NCBI RefSeq assembly: GCF_000143415.4
Contig: NW_003314263.1
Span: forward strand, 1,180,165 to 1,244,164
DNA from: Selaginella moellendorffii
Lineage: Eukaryota; Plantae; Lycopodiophyta
Reading direction: 5' to 3'
Length of the DNA: 64,000 nt
This document shows positions 61,167 to 64,000 of the stretch, in pieces. The translations under genes were made by a program, and so were the position numbers. Every line of letters begins with the position of its first letter. The first letter of the stretch is position 1. Below the pieces are notes generated by a model that ran no database searches, had not been told where the DNA came from, and saw only the letters and a list, made by a program, of their open reading frames with translations.

Positions 61167-62345
61167 ATGGATGCCGATGACGCATTGCTCAAGGAGTTCT
61201 TCGCGGAGGTGAGCGAGGTGGAGCGTGACAACGAGGTGAATCGGTAAGAGTAGGCTCCGATGGATCGGCAAAACTGGATTTTGAGTGAATGGGATTGGAA
61301 TTTCCAGGGTTCTATCGTGTTTTAAGCTCAATCCTTTCGAGCATCTCAATCTTCCCGTGGATGCGACGCTAGAGGAGATTCGGAGGCAGTATAGGAAGGT
61401 GAGAGCCAGTCGATCGAGCTGCGAAATTTTAGAGCTGAAAGTTTTGCCCCACATTTTTGACAGCTTTCTCTTTTAGTGCATCCGGATAAGTGTAAGCATC
61501 CAAAATCCAAGGAGGCATTCGCTGGTAAGCTGTTGTGGTCTCTCCATTTGTTCCATTGACTTATCGTTTCTTTGATGTGTTCTAGCTTTGGCCAAAGCTC
61601 AGCAACTCTTGCTGGATCCTCAAGAGCGAGACTATCTCGTGGCTCAAATAAACATGGCAAGGGGTACGTAGGATCTTCTCTGTGTTCTTCATTTTAACGT
61701 TGTGGTCTCAAAAGATGAGCTGAGAAACGAGCGAAAGAAGCATCTAAAGAAGGACAATGCTTCCAAACTCAGGTCGATGGTCGATGAGGTATGCAGCCAT
61801 CACCAAAAGTTTTGTTTTTACTATTTTCATTCATTTCTTTCCAGAGCAAGTACGAGACAATGTACGAGGACTCGGAAGAGTTCAAGCAAAACTGGAAACT
61901 ACGGGTACGCACAATCCTGACAGATCAGGAGTGGCGGCGGCGGAAGATGCAAATGCGGGTGAGCTGCAATCTCTACTTTGAGTCGCATTGTTTTGACCAT
62001 CGGCTGGATTCATCCAGATATCGGAAGAAGAAGGTAGACTGAAAAAAGAGGAAGAGGAAGCTAGGGAGATGTGGAAGCGCAAGCGAGAAGACGAACAACA
62101 ATGGGAAGAAACGCGAGAGAATAGAGTAAGTACCTCTTTTCGTCGTGTGAATCTGATCGTTTGCTTGCTTTCCAGGTTAGTAACTGGAGAGACTTTATGA
62201 AAGGAGGCAAGAAGGTAATCGCCAAAGCCTTGATTCTACCTTTGTTACACTGACTTTTTTGCAGTCGAAGGGACAGCTGAAGCCACCGAAGCTAAAGACC
62301 GAGGATCCAAACAAGTCTTACGTCCAACGTCCAGTGAAGAAGTGA
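61167..62345 (+). CDS. DNAJC8: J-domain protein DNAJC8/SPF31-like, ~9 exons
   Basis: MDADDALLKEFFAEVSEVERDNEVNR|VLSCFKLNPFEHL...IRRQYRK|LSLLVHPDKCKHP...QWEETRENR|VSNWRDFMKGGKK|...KPPKLKTEDPNKSYVQRPVKK*. Confidence 0.93.
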
Positions 62346-62591
62346 AGAACTTGGTTACTTCATGCTCTCGATTGCCCGGGCTTGGAAAGATCTATGTTGT
62401 ACAGGTATGACCACCATCGTTTCACAGCGATAAAGAAGAAAAGAATGATTTTTGCAGTTCAAATTAAGAGCAATCAAAGTCGCAGCACAACAATTTGCTG
62501 CTTCTTCTCGTGTCTATGCCTATTTCTAAAGTACAAATGGGATGGAGAGGATTTTTTTTTTGTTCTCTACTCTAAAATACCAAGCACTCGA

Positions 62592-64000
62592 CTACGTACC
62601 ACCAGCTTGCACTCTTGACGAGCACCGCAAGCAGCTGCTTCCAACGAGCTTTCGCTGGAATCCATCCTTATCTCCATCGTCTTCCTGGATCATCTCCTCG
62701 GCCTCTATCCTGCTTAAGTTCTTGTCGACGGGTCCTCCCGGGACGCAGCAGCATGGTGGTGCTTGAGACGACACCGAAGATGTAATCGACGAGGCCTGTC
62801 CCGCCGCCGCTGCTTCCGGGAGCTCGTAGAGCTTGAGCTCTTCTTTGCTCGAACTTTTGCGACTGTCTCGCTCGTCGACGCTGTTGTCCGCTATACTCTT
62901 CGCCATCTTTTGCTGCCAGTCGAGGTGAACTGCGAGCACCAAGCTGATGATCTCCTTCCTGTAGAAGGCCACCTGAAACCGTTTGTAAAGAGCTTCCGCG
63001 ACGTTGGCTCGAGCTGACATCGTGCTTGGTCCGTATAAGCGCACGCTCTTGCCGTTGCCGAGGTAGTGCTTGATCATATTGTCTAGGAAGAAAGTCTTCG
63101 TTCTCGTTGGTTGAGCCGAGAAGCCAACCGCCGCTGCTACTCCACCTTGGAGCTGCAAGCTCGATGCGCTGTTGATCCTCTCCGAGAAGATATCGTAGCT
63201 TCTCTTTCTCGACGGCAGTACGTGCTGATAATCGCTCCTCCATCTCGTTAAAGTCTGTTCTTCGATCGAGGACCTGGTAGAGTCGCAGGACGAACCCGCC
63301 GGAGCCTTAAGATCAAACCGAGGTGCCGAAGAAGAACACACAAGCGTCGCAGTGGTCGTGGTTGTCATCGTCTCGCTCGTCGATTCGCTTCTACTTTCGC
63401 TGTTCTTCCCCTGCTCCGGATCGCCAGCGTCGGTGTTTCCAGTCCGACAATTCACTTCGAGCTGCTGCAGCTGCTTTGGAAGCGCCAGGAAAGTTGTGAT
63501 CAAGCCACCATCGTCGTTTCTCTCGGCAGCCGGTTCGTCCTTCTTCTCCTTTGGCGTGTCAACTTTCTTCTCTTTCGGGGTCTCGCCGTCCTTGTCCTCG
63601 TCACCTTGGTCGTCACCTTTCGCGAAAGCATGAGACGTTCCTTTGCTCAGCCACAGTGTCGGCCTGCGTTTGCGCTCGCTGACGACTCCATTAGTGTTGA
63701 TATCGTCCATTTTGCTGCTGCTGCTCACACCCCTCTTGTTATTTATCTCGCTCTGGCTCTTGGCCATCAACTCGTTGTCCAGCTCCGGAAGTTCCAGCAA
63801 GCTCGCATCAGTGGCTACGTGATTCAACACCTCGCTGATCGAGTCGAAGTAATCTTTGCCTTTGATCAAGGAGCGTTTCGAGTAGCGCTTGATGCCTGGG
63901 ACCATGTAAACCAGCGGCCCTTTCCCGCTTTGTTCCGAGCTCCAGTCCTTGGCAAGCAGCCGAGGCCACACTCCTTCCCAGAACAAGTCCTGTGCTCGGC
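62592..64000 (-). CDS. Plant SANT-domain family protein (At1g09040/At2g47820-like), 3' part
   Basis: RAQDLFWEGVWPRLLAKDWSSEQ...LVYMVPGIKRYSKRSLIKGKDYFDSISEVLNHVATDASLLEL matches the family's DLFWEAVWPRLLARGW...PGVKKFSR...YFDSVSDVL block; ORF is open to the window end; a short terminal exon after a GTACGT donor near 62597 is possible. Confidence 0.8.
   Translation of the reverse strand, partial: RAQDLFWEGVWPRLLAKDWSSEQSGKGPLVYMVPGIKRYSKRSLIKGKDYFDSISEVLNHVATDASLLELPELDNELMAKSQSEINNKRGVSSSSKMDDINTNGVVSERKRRPTLWLSKGTSHAFAKGDDQGDEDKDGETPKEKKVDTPKEKKDEPAAERNDDGGLITTFLALPKQLQQLEVNCRTGNTDAGDPEQGKNSESRSESTSETMTTTTTATLVCSSSAPRFDLKAPAGSSCDSTRSSIEEQTLTRWRSDYQHVLPSRKRSYDIFSERINSASSLQLQGGVAAAVGFSAQPTRTKTFFLDNMIKHYLGNGKSVRLYGPSTMSARANVAEALYKRFQVAFYRKEIISLVLAVHLDWQQKMAKSIADNSVDERDSRKSSSKEELKLYELPEAAAAGQASSITSSVSSQAPPCCCVPGGPVDKNLSRIEAEEMIQEDDGDKDGFQRKLVGSSCLRCSSRVQAGGT

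Overview
Eukaryotic plant nuclear DNA. The very short (~50-70 bp) introns, GC-rich compact genes and PLS-class PPR style point to the lycophyte Selaginella (inference). Two gene-dense blocks flank a ~33 kb AT-rich, CpG-depleted island (23646-~56675). Left block (1-23.5 kb): SKIP35-like ankyrin gene (partial), At3g51100-like gene, PLS-E PPR, two tandem divergent AUX1/LAX permeases, a tandem array of a small secreted-peptide gene, tRNA-Pro(AGG), a WRINKLED/AP2 gene with a 9-nt microexon, an XK-related membrane protein, a group-I bZIP and an Alba gene. Right block (56.7-64 kb): beta'-COP, DNAJC8/SPF31 and a partial SANT-associated gene. The large island begins at a Helitron-type 3' terminus (hairpin + CTAG) and is filled with nested Ty3/gypsy elements, solo LTRs with TSDs, Cassandra and other TRIMs, and decayed ORFs; it contains a ~1 kb assembly gap. 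A second, 2.2 kb AT-rich island (~2267-4426) shares sequence with it. Main observation: each island carries one intact, intronless, very AT-rich gene (2751-3668 and 55584-56453) encoding signal peptide + an unrecognised ~130-150 aa domain, apparently homologous between the two, + a bulb-type (GNA) mannose-binding lectin domain. This suggests a transposon-borne family of secreted lectin-effector chimeras. All alignments and composition statements were made by eye.
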